This document shows positions 1 through 12,110 of a DNA stretch of 64,000 nt, one piece after another; within the stretch, counting starts at the first letter, position 1; every line of letters starts with the position of its first letter. The notes beneath the pieces are model-generated. The model did no database searches and was not told the DNA's origin. It saw only the letters and a program-made list of their open reading frames with translations. A program made the position numbers and the translations under genes. Where the stretch lies: contig NC_042997.1 of assembly GCF_006345805.1 (NCBI RefSeq), forward strand, positions 74,462,001-74,526,000. The letters are read 5' to 3'. The stretch comes from Octopus sinensis. Lineage: Eukaryota.

Positions 1-228
1 GCAAGTGGCTGAGTACTCCACTGACAGGCATACCATAACGTAGTTCTCAGGAAAATTGTGACAAGACTGGCCCCTCTGAATTACAGCTACAACTCATTTT
101 TGCCAGCTGACTGGACTGCAGCAAGATGAAGTAGAATAGCTTGCTCAAGAACACAGTGCGTCACCAGAAATCATACTCGTGACTTTACGATCATGGGCCA
201 AATACCCCTAACCACTGAGCCACACACC
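1..228 (+). mobile_element. SINE fragment (central/3' part)
   Basis: gcaagtggctgagtactccac...cttgctcaagaacacag resembles the SINE-like copies at 30510-30790 and about 60630-60960. Confidence 0.5.
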
Positions 229-429
229 TTCACTCTCTTAACCGTAGAGAAAAGGAGCGAAGCAGACAGAGAAAGGAGACCCTCAGACATTTAAAATAAC
301 AATTAGACTGAAATACGATCGATCTTTCCTAGCTTCTTTATTTTTAACAATGAAGAAGAGGGAAAGTCTTTCAGGTGTTTACATTTCCATTCTGGGAGTT
401 CTAGAATGATCAACTGTTAGTTCTGTCTT

Positions 430-986
430 TGTAAGAGTTAGCACTTCCTTCTCTAAGCCTAGATTCAAAATCGAATCCAAGAATCATCGGTCGTCAAAAA
501 CCAATGCAAGTATAGGCGCGAAATTTAAGGATCTCTTTGTTCTGTCAAAAAGTGATTGATCATCTCCCTTTGACCTGCGACCTCAGCCATGTCAGGCGAA
601 GTTCAACTGGACAAGCGCTGACCTACTTCAGTAGTAACTCGGTTGCAGTATGTCTATCTTTCTAGCTGTTTCAAATATTATAAATACAAGGGAAAAACAG
701 AGAAAGAAACACAATCGCAGCTGACACACCAGCAGACAGATTTATCTCGCCCCGCGTTTTGGAGACGACAGAGAAATGCCTACAGTATCTATCGGCTACT
801 GTTCCGAATGATTCACGCACACACCCACACACACAAACATATTCATCTTTAATATGTGTTCTATACAAGCAATTCGTAGCATTTGCTTACATTTGTATGT
901 AGTGTACTTATAACCCATGTAAATAAATCCCTTTTTAATCATGAAACAGTTTATGTATTTATTTATGTACACACACATCCACTACA
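430..986 (+). repeat. 5' LTR
   Basis: Direct repeat of 5729-6285 with about 6 substitutions; starts TGTAAG, ends CTACA. Confidence 0.97.
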
Positions 987-988
987 TT

Positions 989-999
989 TGGTGACCCCG
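989..999 (+). promoter_or_regulatory. Primer binding site, tRNA-Trp type
   Basis: TGGTGACCCCG 2 nt after the LTR; complementary to the ...CGGGGUCACCA 3' end of eukaryotic tRNA-Trp. Confidence 0.8.
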
Positions 1000-1105
1000 T
1001 CAAACGAATTGCGCCTTCCCCGGAACCAGCTTCATCAACCGCGTCGAAGAATAACAGTTTGCACATCACTCGGCAACGAAACACCTGAGAATTCCGACGA
1101 ACACA

Positions 1106-1993
1106 ATGGCCCTCTCGGAACAGAATCCAGCGGCCAACATCATACCTCCAATCGACATGGCATTCCAAGCGGTGATTTCTTTGAAAATTCCACCATTCTG
1201 GACCCACGACCCTGCATTATGGTTTTACCATATAGAGGCACAGTTTTCCTCTCACCGAATACTGAGCGATGCGTCTCGACTTTCGCATGTTATCGGTTCT
1301 CTGTCACCAGAAATAACAAACGTTGTCCGTGATCTTATCATGGCACCACCCGGTTCTGTGTCGTATGACACTTTTAAAACCACTCTGATAAACAGAACAT
1401 CCAAATCGCAACAGAAACGACTTCACCAGCTTCTGATATCGGAAGAATTGGGTGACAAAACACCATCCCAGCTTCTTCGTAGAATGAAGCAGCTTCTCGG
1501 AGATGAGAGCCTCCCGGAAAAAATTTTCAAGCAGCTTTTTCTCCAGCGTCTGCCCTCCAATACCCAGGTTGTTCTTGCTTCTACTAGAGAAAATACATCC
1601 ATGGAAGAACTGGCGGAGCTAGCTGACAAAATAGCCGAAGTACCGCACAAATATCCAACAGTATCGATGGTGATGCCAGCCACTCCCAGTACCAATCCTT
1701 TCCATGCACAAACCAGTTCTTCCGAGATTTCGGACTTGCGTGCATTAATGACGCAGCAAGCTGCTCAAATACGGATGCTCACAACCCAAATACAGGCCCT
1801 AAAGCTTAGTTCCCAGCATCGAAGCACCAGCCGATCGCGACGAGATGGCAGACGGTCCCAAAGCCCCAGTGTTACCCGCAACTCACATGTCATGTGTTGG
1901 TACCACCGAACATTCGGAACATGGGCACAAAAATGTACGGTACCATGCTCGTTTTCCTCATCCAGTTCGGGAAACGGCACAGCCAGGAATTGA
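1106..1993 (+). CDS. gag: Gag (Gypsy), intact 295 aa
   Basis: KIPPFWTHDPALWFYHIEAQF, LGDKTPSQLLRRM and C-terminal CWYHRTFG...C...C motifs typical of this Gypsy lineage. Confidence 0.9.
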   Translation: MALSEQNPAANIIPPIDMAFQAVISLKIPPFWTHDPALWFYHIEAQFSSHRILSDASRLSHVIGSLSPEITNVVRDLIMAPPGSVSYDTFKTTLINRTSKSQQKRLHQLLISEELGDKTPSQLLRRMKQLLGDESLPEKIFKQLFLQRLPSNTQVVLASTRENTSMEELAELADKIAEVPHKYPTVSMVMPATPSTNPFHAQTSSSEISDLRALMTQQAAQIRMLTTQIQALKLSSQHRSTSRSRRDGRRSQSPSVTRNSHVMCWYHRTFGTWAQKCTVPCSFSSSSSGNGTARN

Positions 1994-2014
1994 ACGCGAC
2001 GGAAGTTCCTGGCT
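1969..2014 (+). promoter_or_regulatory. -1 programmed ribosomal frameshift signal (slippery heptamer plus stem-loop)
   Basis: G_GGA_AAC at 1969-1975 in gag frame; 5-nt spacer; 9-bp stem AGCCAGGAA(1981-89)/TTCCTGGCT(2006-14); pol protease lies in the -1 frame. Confidence 0.8.
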
Positions 2015-4990
2015 CGCACCCACACAGTCACCTGTTTTTCGTTTGATATCGGGTAACAGGCACGCGTTTCCTGGTTGACACCGGTGCGGAAGTCAGCATC
2101 ATCCCTGTCTCCAACACTTCTGGAAAAAGAAAAGAGACACCAGTCTGTCTTCAGGCAGTCAACCATTCACCCATCCCAACCTACGGTGAACAGTCCCTAA
2201 CACTGAACTTAGGACTACGCCTCACTTTTCAGTGGGTATTCGTCGTCGCTAAACTGCCGACCCCTATCTTAGGAGCCGATTTCCTGCATCATTTCGGTCT
2301 CCTGGTAGACATAAAGAACAGACGACTTGTCGACAGCACCACCAAGCTTACTGTGTGTGGTATAGCCGCTCGTATGGCCACAGTCAGCCCAACTGTATTG
2401 CTTACAACAACGACTCGTCACAGTTCCATCCTGAAGGAATATCCAGACGTCGCTCGACCAGTATTCCACAACCAGCCGATCAAACACGACGTTACCCACC
2501 ACATCAAAACCAGCAGTCCACCTGTTGCTGCAAGGCCCAGAAGGTCTTGATCGTCTCCAGGCCGTCAAGCGGGAATTCCAGCACATGCTCGACCTCGGAA
2601 TCATCCGTCTTTCCAGCAGCAACTGGTCCTCGCCGATACACTGCGTCCCAAAAAAATCATTGACTGACTGGCGGGTTTGCGGCGATTATCGATCGCTGAA
2701 TAAAAGCACTATTAGTGATGCCTATCCGGTGCCCTTTCTTCAAGACTTTTCGAGCTAGCATCTTTTTCAAAATCAACCTTGTGCGAGCATACAACCAAAT
2801 CCCAGTGGAACCTGCGGACATCTCGAAGACAGCAGTTACTACACCATTCGGAATGTTTGAATTCCTGCGTATGCCTTTCGGTTTACGCAACGCAGCACAG
2901 ACATTCCAAAGGTTTATCGACATGGTGACTAGAGGTTTGTCTTTCGTCTATGCCTACATAGACGACATACTCGTGGCCAGTAACTCGGACGAAGAACATA
3001 ACCAACACCTTCACCTGCTATTCGAACGCCTTCGCAAATTCGATGTTGTTATCAATCCTAGTAAATGTTTGTTCGGAGTTGCTTCCCTTCATTTTCTAGG
3101 TCACATCGTCGATAAGGATGGAATTCGTCCCCTTCCCGAGAAAGTCAAGGCCATCGTGGATTTTTCACCACCCACATCTCTCAGCAAATTAAGGGAATAT
3201 CTCGGTCTAGCGAATTTCTATCGACGGTTCGTACCCCACCTTGCTGAGATAGCGCAACCGCTCATGGATTTGCTACGTCAGCGAACTTGCAAAAATGCAG
3301 ATATAGCTCTGACCGAAGATCAACTCGCTTCTTTCGCTGCCCTGAAAAAAGCGTTATCTAACGCTACCATGTTGGTTTATCCAAAACCAGACGCCCCATG
3401 ATGTTTACTCGTTGATGCATCCGATTCCGGAGTTGGAGGTGTACTACAGCAGCTTGTTGACGGTATATGGCAACCGTTCTTTCTTTTCTAAGCGGTTAAA
3501 ACCCGTGGAAACCAAGTACAGCACATTCAGTTGGGAATTATTAGCGGCATACCTGGCCGTTAAGCATTTACGTCACATGCTAGAAGGTACCAATTTTGCC
3601 ATATACACCGACCACAAGCCATTGGTATATGCATTTAACACCAAGCCGGATCGCCACTCGCCGAGAGAAATCCACCACCTCGACTTCATATCGCAGTACA
3701 CGACGGATATACGCCACATCAAAGGGCCGACAAACTTAGCAGCCGATGCACTTTCACGCACGCAGATCAATGCTATCCACACCACATCTACAATTGATCT
3801 AGCACGTATAGCAGCTGGCCAGGAGAATGACGAAGAACTTCTAAAGCTCCGGAATTCGTCATCTCTGAAATTTCAGCATGTTCCGCTACCATCATCCACA
3901 GCTCATATTTGGTGTGATATCTCCACTGGTTACCAACGCCCTTATGTACCACAGAAACATCGTCGAGAAGCTTTCTCTGCTCTGCATTCTCTGTCACATC
4001 CTGGTATTCGCTCCACTCAAAAGCTGATATCAACCCGTTTTGTGTGGACCAGTATCAACAAGGATATCAGAGAATGGACCAAGTGCTGTGTTCTGTGCCA
4101 AAAAGCGAAAATCCACCGGCACATAAAATCACCAATCGGTTCATTTTCGCAACGTGACGCACGATTTCAGCACATTCACATTGATATCGTCGGACCCCTG
4201 CCACCTTCGCAGAACTATTCATATTTGCTTACCTGCGTAGATCGTTTTTCGCGACGGCCCGAAGCCTGGCCCTTATCTGATACATCGGCAGAAACGGTCG
4301 CCAAAACGCTGATATCACAATGGGTTTCGCGTTTTGGCACATCCGCAACAATCACCACCGACACAGAGGACGTCAGTTCGATTCCCACCTTTTCACCGAG
4401 CTGACTCGTCTCCTCGGGTGTAAACACACCCACACTACGGCTTACCACCCTGCAGCAAATGGCATGGTCGAACGCTTTCACCGCCAACTCAAGGCATCTA
4501 TCAAAGCAACTCCAGACAGTTCTCACTGGTTGGAACATCTCCCTCTCATCCTCCTTGGAATTCGATCCACGGTTAAGGAAGAACTGGGATATACTCCGGC
4601 TGAACTCATTTATGGCACAGCACTCACCTTACCTGGGCAGATGATCGAACCTGTTTCACAAGACTTTCCTGACCCACAATAATATGTGCACCGATTATGG
4701 ACATCCATGTCGCAATTATCACCTTCAGGCCCCAGACAACAGAACATCGTTTGATGTGTTCCAAAAGACATCAACACCTAGACTCATGTTTTCGTGAGGA
4801 ATGATGGGATACCATCTCAACTTCAGCCACTATATTCTGGGCCCTACAAGGTTATCAAAAGGAACCCAAGTATTTCGTCCTCGATATTGGAGGTAAACGA
4901 AATACAGTCTCGATTGATCGTTTAAAAAAAGCCTTCATCGAGGAGGACTTACATTCAGTTCCCTCCTTTCCTCGAACAGACTCAACAACT
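1975..4990 (+). pseudogene. pol: Pol (protease, RT, RNase H, integrase) with multiple stops and frameshifts
   Basis: [74 protein letters not shown] motifs across changing frames. Confidence 0.93.
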
Positions 4991-5715
4991 CCAGCAAACA
5001 CCACAGATTCTGCACAACCCCGACACACCAAATCGGGAAGAACAGTTCGATGGCCAGCAAGGTTTGTGCAAGTTTTTCGGGTAAGTTCCGAACTCTTAAC
5101 TTATCCATCTTCCTAAATGAAATACACACATCAACACATAACTCACATAACTGCATCACCCACATACAAACCCAGAGAAATCAAAGAACATTCGTGAACA
5201 TAAAGAAAAAAAAATGAAAACAAAAACGTTGTTCCACATCAACGAAAAACTGTCTGTATGAACATTTATGAAACATTTCGCAATCGAACTTTGCCGATGA
5301 ACATTTCTTTCATTTTTGCATGTACATATGTTTTGTTTTCTCTTTAAAATGTTTTGCCTTCTTGTAAATATATTTTTGCTAACTGTATGTTCACACACAT
5401 TTACAAGTCATATTCTCATGTGTGCTACCACTCGATCTTTTTCGCCACAGAAAGACACCCACACACACAAACATATTCATCTTTAATTAGACCTCTAGTG
5501 GGTCGAGTAATCAATAGACGCACATCTCTTTCAATGCGCCAACATATTTCTGCCTGGGCACAAATACATATTGCCCACCATATAGCACATACAAACAGTA
5601 AACCTTTGATTCATATTTTTATTGTTCATTTGTCTGTTACAATGTGTAAATTTTTTCTGTATACACACAAAAAATAACATTTCCAATATCGTTCGATCTC
5701 TGTGGCTTTCTCACT

Positions 5716-5728
5716 AGAAGTGGGGTAG
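5716..5728 (+). promoter_or_regulatory. Polypurine tract
   Basis: AGAAGTGGGGTAG directly before the 3' LTR TG. Confidence 0.75.
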
Positions 5729-6285
5729 TGTAAGAGTTAGCACTTCCTTCTCTAAGCCTAGATTCGAAATCGAATCCAAGAATCATCGGTCGTCAAAAAC
5801 CAATGCATGCATAGGCGCGAAATTTAAGGATCTCTTTGTTCTGTCAAAAAGTGATTGATCATCTCCCTTTGACCTGTGACCTCAGCCATGTCAGGCGAAG
5901 TTCAACTGGACAAGCGCTGACCTACTTCAGTAGTAACTCGGTTGCAGTATGTCTATCTTTCTAGCTGTTTCAAATATTATAAATACAAGGGAAAAACAGA
6001 GAAAGAAACACAATCGCAGCTGACACACCAGCAGACAGATTTATCTCGCCCCGCGTTTTGGAGACGACAGAGAAATGCCTACAGTATCTATCGGCTACTG
6101 TCCCGAATGATTCACGCACACACCCACACACACAAACATATTCATCTTTAATATGTGTTCTATACAAGCAATTCGTAGCATTTGCTTACATTTGTATGTA
6201 GTGTACTTATAACCCATGTAAATAAATCCCTTTTTAATCATGAAACAGTTTATGTATTTATTTACGTACACACACATCCACTACA
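5729..6285 (+). repeat. 3' LTR
   Basis: Matches 430-986. Confidence 0.97.
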
Positions 6286-6553
6286 TCTTCTTTGCCCCAC
6301 CCCCGGTACTTAATTGCCTTCTTTCATAGTTCTTCATGTCTTTTAGTAAAAGGAGAAAGACCATGTTTTTCCAGGCACGCTTCCTCTACAAACTACAAAC
6401 AAGCCCCCTCCTTTCCATTTTTTTTTTCATACAAAAACTAATGCAAATTTCGAACGGTGTATAGCTGTGAAAAGAGCCCAGAAAACTGGATAATACCCCA
6501 CTCTACAAAATGGGTGGGGAGAAAAGTTGCCAAGAAGTGGCTACATGAAATTC

Positions 6554-6554
<1 letters not shown>

Positions 6555-6649
<95 letters not shown>

Positions 6650-6670
6650 ATATATATACATATATATACA
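6555..6670. repeat. (CT)n(TA)n microsatellite
   Basis: Visible dinucleotide runs. Confidence 0.95.
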
Positions 6671-6954
6671 CATATACAAAAGGTGATAAAACCTGGAAAG
6701 GTAATATAAATGGAATCGTATGAGGAAAAAAACACGTAATAAATCCATGCATATAAACGACAACTAAAAGGTTGAAAATGATAAAAATTAAATAATATGA
6801 TAACCAGAAAAAAGTCCATTCAGAGTCCATTTCTACAGCCATTTTAAAGGATATCGCCAAATTTCAATAATGCATCAAACATTAAGGAACCAAACAGGCA
6901 CTGACCTTTTCACCAACAAAATTATCTTCAAGGATGTTTCACATTGTGGTTGTC

Positions 6955-8135
6955 ATAATTCTTTATTGTCTACTAGAGGCTGATCATAGAAGGGACAGCA
7001 CACACAAAGGGGATAGCATAAAGACAGATGTATACATCAGTGATGAAAAATAAATGAATGAGAAGGATGATATGAATAAAAAGGAATAGATGTAATGAAG
7101 GTCTCTTGAACCTCACCATCCAAGTGACCTCATTTAAACAAATGTAGTTTCAAAAAAGTGGTTACCTAAATTTATGGTTTCAAAAAATACTTGGCAGCCT
7201 ACCTATTATCTGTGTCAATAAACTTCTTTTTCCTGTTTATCTCCTTCAGCCAGATTTCACAATGCGTGTCCAGGCACGTTCAGCTTTTCATAGACATTAT
7301 TACATGGCACTTTTGGGGGAGGGTTATTTCATGCTCCTGTCTGTCTGCATTTTTCTGTCAGCTGGGGCAGGGTGAGGATTGGTGACTGCAGGGGGAGGGT
7401 GGGACACAAAGGGGCTGGGTGAGCATTGGGTGGGAGTAGGATGGGGATTGACAATAACACTTTGAATTCCAATTTTCTTTTTTACCGTAGTCCATCCTCC
7501 TTTTGTTGCTTGATCTTCCTCTTCTTTCTCTGTCCAACCTCACATATTTCTGCACCATTCACAGTTTTCTGTGTTTTTTCTTGTATCTTTATGATAGGCA
7601 GAGGGCATCGTGCCCTAATGTGGCTCTTCTGGTTACACTTATAGTAACAGGGTGTTCTGCCCTCCACCATGACTCTCAGTTGCACTTCTCTGCTCACAAA
7701 CCTTTCTAAGTTCTCCGGGGCAGCCTGGATTAACATCTTCAGGCCATGCCCTTACCAAAACCTCAGTGGAAAACGAGTTTCCTGGTGGACCACAATTCAG
7801 AAAGGATGGCAGCCACCAGCCAGGCAACATCCACCTCTTAATACTTCTTTGCTTCCTCTGGCCACTTCTGTGAACTTCCTTTTTTCATCCTCTTCCATTG
7901 CCTTGTCAATAAGATCAATGCATCTTAACAACTCATCCTCAGATGACATCATATCATTAAAACTGTCTGGTCCATGCATCATAGCACTTCCCCTTCAACC
8001 AAGGGGGAAAAGCATCTACAACACTGCCACAAGGCAGCAAAAACAAGTACTGTTACACATACAATGATGTAATGACAATACAAACAATAAATAACCTTTA
8101 CTCACAAAAATAACGTTCAACACAATAATCCAAAA
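6955..8135 (-). mobile_element. Short L1-Tx1-derived element (ORF1 remnant joined to ORF2 3' end and 3' UTR)
   Basis: Zinc knuckle-like CYYKCNQKSHIRARC; NEVTWMVRFK resembles KEVVWWTRLK at the Tx1 ORF2 end; 3' end similar to 25600-25672; 12-bp TSD ATT(G/C)TGGTTGTC. Confidence 0.7.
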
Positions 8136-8394
8136 ATTCTGGTTGTCTGTCAGTTTTAACAGGATGGAGAGACATAAATATATATAGTGTCCACTTAATG
8201 ATAGATGGTAAAAAGTTTGGTGGAATCGGTAGAGATCAGTTCATTGTTCATTCATTAACCAGTGGATAATTATTGAGAGAGAGATGGATACAAGCCTTAC
8301 TCGGTTTCAATCACAGACAAAAAATCAAGTGGTCCTCTAAAGTGCCTAATTTTAATTTTACCTCTATTTCTATTTTTGTAAATTTTCAAAAAGG

Positions 8395-9140
8395 TTATAA
8401 AAAAAACTTATGGTTACAAAATGGGACTACATCAGAAAACTTATTTAAATGTTTTGACCCATAGGATTTAAGGATAAAGTATGATTCCTTTATACACAAT
8501 TTACATTTATTCATATTAACACTAAAGTGGGGGGCTTTGGATAAGACAGACCATTCAAGATGGTAACTTACATTCCTCCTCTTTAAATTATGTATATAGG
8601 AGGCCAACGTGGTGGAGTTACAATATTTGGCATTCGAGAACAAATTCAAGTGGGCCTTATACCTCCTTTTAAAACCGGTAGTACTCCTGATATAGATCTT
8701 AATTGAATCATTATCCCCTTTGACTGTACACTTATACACTACATTTTTTCTTAATCAGAACCCCTTAAGGGGACATAAGTCAGGGGTTCTGAAATTATGG
8801 TTAATTCCCGGGACCCCACAAATCTCAATATTGCTATTGCAATCTATTTTGTTTCCTGTATAGTTATTCCCAGTGTTGATCTGTCAATGCCTGGAGATGC
8901 TGATGAGTGCAATCATTCAGCATTGTCCTCTGTTATATTACATATACTATTAGCACTAATATTAGAACCTACATTAGAAGACAGTGCCAAATTTATCTGT
9001 CCATTTATTTTGCTTCTATTAGAAGATGCAATGATAGACCCCAAGTTTGGCGTCACCGAGTGTGAAAATTTAATCCACAACCTATTACAGAGAGTAATAC
9101 TTATGACTCTTAGGGAAATTTTCCTTCAATATTTTAAAGA
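8395..9140 (-). pseudogene. PLE RT C-terminus/linker plus GIY-YIG endonuclease
   Basis: FFKILKENFPKSHKY...SVTPNLGSII; IYIRSTTGFKRRYKAH...LASYIHNLK...EWSVL...CKLCIKE...HLNK. Confidence 0.8.
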
Positions 9141-9929
9141 ATAAAGCAGGTAAATTTCTAACCCTAAGCGAAAAAAGTGGGGGGGAGGAGACAAACTAGA
9201 TTTCTGAAGGTTATTTCCATCACTTTTATTATTAACAATATTATTAAAACAATTAACTATCTGTGATTGAAACTGAGTGAGGCTTGTAACAATCTCTCTC
9301 TCTCTCTTAATAATTATCCACTGGTTAATGGATGAACAATGGACTAATCTCTACTGATTCCACTAAGCTTCTTACCCTCAATCATTAAGAGGACACTATA
9401 TATATTTATGTCTTTCCATCCTGTTAAAACTGACAGACAACCAGAATGTGAAATATCCTTGAAGATAATTTTCCTGATGAAAAGCCCATTGCCTGTTTGG
9501 TTCCTTAATGTATGATGCATTATTGAAATTTGGTGATGTCCTTTGAAATGGCTGTAGAAATGGATTCTGAATGAACTTTTTTCTGGTTATCGTCATATAT
9601 TGGGGTTGAAAACGATAAAAATTAAATAATATTAAAATATTATTTAATTTTTATTGTTTTCAACCTTTTCGCTGCTGTTTATATGCATAGGTTTATTCCA
9701 TGTTTTTTTCCTCATACGATTCCATTTATATTGCCTTTGCAAGTTTTATCACCTTTTGTATATGTATATATATATATATTTATGCTTTTGGGATTTATAT
9801 GTTGAATGTCCTGGTGTTTTAATGTGTATTTATGTTCAATAATGTGATGATACGGGGATGTTACAAAGATGATTGACTAACTAGGATGTTTGTTCATTAT
9901 ATCCTTTTGAATTTATATATATATTTATG

Positions 9930-10115
9930 TGTATGTGTTTGTGTCTGTGATTGTCCTACCACCACCATTGCTTGTGTTTGTGTCTCCGTAACTTAGCTGT
10001 TTGGCAGAAGAGACTAATAGAATAAGCACAAGGCTTACAGGGAACAAGTCTAGGGGTTGATTTCAAGGGTGGTGCTTCAGCAGACAAATGACTGAAACAA
10101 ATAAAAGAATAAAAG
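9930..10115 (+). mobile_element. SINE 3' portion
   Basis: Similar to 15920-16132 (gtttgtgtctg...aagagactaatagaataag...ctgaaacaaataaaag). Confidence 0.6.
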
Positions 10116-10489
10116 AAAACCAGAAGAACGTTCCATACCACTAAACCAAGAAGGGTCTTTGAATATGTACGATGTATTTTAAGGCTAAATAGTAATTGTG
10201 TTTTGGTTGGATTATATAGTTATTGGTTTTACACTTCTTTCTATATTCTGTAACTGTCACAGTGTAGAAACATTTCTCTTGGCACCAGCACACAATTTAC
10301 AGATGCTTACATTTTTTATATTTCGTTTTTGGATTTGGTTTGCAAGATTCGTTATATAAGTTCGTATATTGAAGCATATTCTGTTGTGTCTGGGGTGAGT
10401 CATTTTCTTTTTGTGCCTTATAATTTAACACACTCACCGGTAAAATTTCCACTTATTTCTTATTTTCATTTTCCTAAAATTTTCATTGC

Positions 10490-10900
10490 ATCTTGCAACC
10501 TTTTCTGTCCGTTATTTACACTGTGTTCCTTTCTGTTTGTCTGTGCACATGTGTATGTGTTCCTATGCATGCATGTACATATGTATGTATGCGTGTATGC
10601 GTGTATGCATGTATGTATGCATGTGTGTGTATGTATGTGTGTGCATATGTATGCATGTATTCTGCATATTCATGTGCTTGCATGTCCGTGTTTGTGTATT
10701 TTCTATGTATGTGTGTGTGTGTGAGCATGTGTTTGTATATGTATGCACCTGTCTTCTTGTGTGTGCATGTCTGTATGTGTGTGTGTGTGTGTTTTGCAAC
10801 TATGTACTATGTTTGTATGTATGTATGTGCATCGCTATATGTGTGGACCCGTGTCTTCATATATGTCCTTGTGTGGAGTAATGTGTGTGTGTATATATGG
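10490..10900. repeat. (TG)/(TATG)-rich low-complexity tract
   Basis: Degenerate dinucleotide and tetranucleotide repeats; source of spurious Cys/Val ORFs. Confidence 0.9.
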
Positions 10901-11129
10901 TCATGTGTTTCAGTCTCCATTTGCATATGTGTGCTTGTCTGTTCTTATAACCTATGTACCTATCCGTCTGTATGTCGATCTGTTTATTTTCATATCCATA
11001 TGCTTACATACAAACAAAAATAAAAACCAAAAAAAAAACAAAAAAACAATAAATACATATGCATACACACACACTCACACCCACACACACACATACATTC
11101 ATCTATTTACATAACAGTCCACTAACTAT

Positions 11130-12110
11130 TCTACTCTACCTGTGTAAACTGTGGGTATGGAGGTATGATATCTACTATGTATATTTCCTATTTAGTATTG
11201 GAGAGGTTTCATTTATAAGGACGTACTCCCGTATTTGTCTGAGTGTTGGGTCTTTTGGGTGCTTGGATAAGATGTGGATGTCAAATTGACCCAAGTTGCC
11301 TCCATGGTGGTCTTTGGCATGCTGGTAGAGAATGGAGGACTGTTTTTTGTCATCATATTGTCTCAAATGTTCATTTAGTCGTTCTGCAATGCTCCTAGAC
11401 GTCTCCCCTATGTACATCATGTTCATGTCTTTAAAAGCACCTTCTATGCATCTTATGCTGTAAACTACATTTCGAGTTCTACAGTTAATGCAGGGCTAAT
11501 CCTACATACCATGCAGTTATCATTGGTGCATATGGTATTCTCAAAGGGGTATGTCCTACATCGTTGTAATCTGATGGACTTCCCTGGCTTTTCAACAATT
11601 TTAATGATGAGTTTGGTTTCCTTCAGAGCTTTTCTAAATCTACGGGCTAGTTCTCCATGGGCTATGGCCTCTACAAACATCACTCCTTGATATTTGTTAG
11701 TTTTATACCACGTGTTCGCCCTGTTTGTCACAAGCTCTTTGTATTCTATTCCATTCTTTGTTTCTATATCTAGGGCAGGTACCACTGATATCATTACGTA
11801 TAATGTTGTTTAATTTCTTTCTAGCCCCCCTCTGTATACTCAAACCCTATCTTTCTGATCATATCCAGAGAACTGCATGCGGTGCATGAAGTTCTGTATA
11901 TGTTTTTCATTTCATAGAGTTCACATAGTGGGGACACATTGTACATTATTCTAACTAATTCTGCTATCAGTATGTTAATTTTCATGTTGTTTAACAAAGC
12001 TTAGTTCTTGTGAACAACATATTTTGGGTTTCATGTAATAGGAGTGGAGGTGCTGCACTCTATCAAAGTCTCTAACCAAAGGAACGCAGTATAAATAATG
12101 GACAGAGTCA
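11130..12110 (-). mobile_element. Penelope-like element 3' remnant (thumb plus GIY-YIG)
   Basis: RMQFSGYDQK; GVMFVEAIAHGELARR...KIVEKPG; YIGETSRSIAERLNEH...LRQIRE...PILN. Confidence 0.8.

Larger units (their letters stand above)
430..6285 (+). mobile_element. Full-length Ty3/Gypsy LTR retrotransposon, pol disrupted
   Basis: 557-bp TG...CA LTRs at 430-986 and 5729-6285; 4-bp TSD TCTT (426-429, 6286-6289); PBS; PPT; gag then PR-RT-RH-IN order. Confidence 0.97.
6668..9765 (-). mobile_element. 5'-truncated Penelope-like element with an inverted terminal repeat, interrupted by a Tx1 insertion
   Basis: 6668-6954 plus 8136-8317 is the reverse complement of about 9261-9765; the arms enclose an RT-thumb/GIY-YIG remnant. 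Confidence 0.75.

Noticed and set aside
643-1332. ORFs in the LTR and leader (643-852, 883-1332; copies at 5942-6277)
   Set aside because: No recognisable motifs; they are duplicated only because the LTR is.
6457-6860. ORFs rich in IY/SL/ER repeats (also 10329-11114, 12574-12839, 26820-27149, 62776-63145)
   Set aside because: They are translations of microsatellites and show no coding signal.
8797-9144. 115-aa plus-strand ORF
   Set aside because: It is antisense to the PLE RT-thumb remnant, whose motifs lie on the minus strand.
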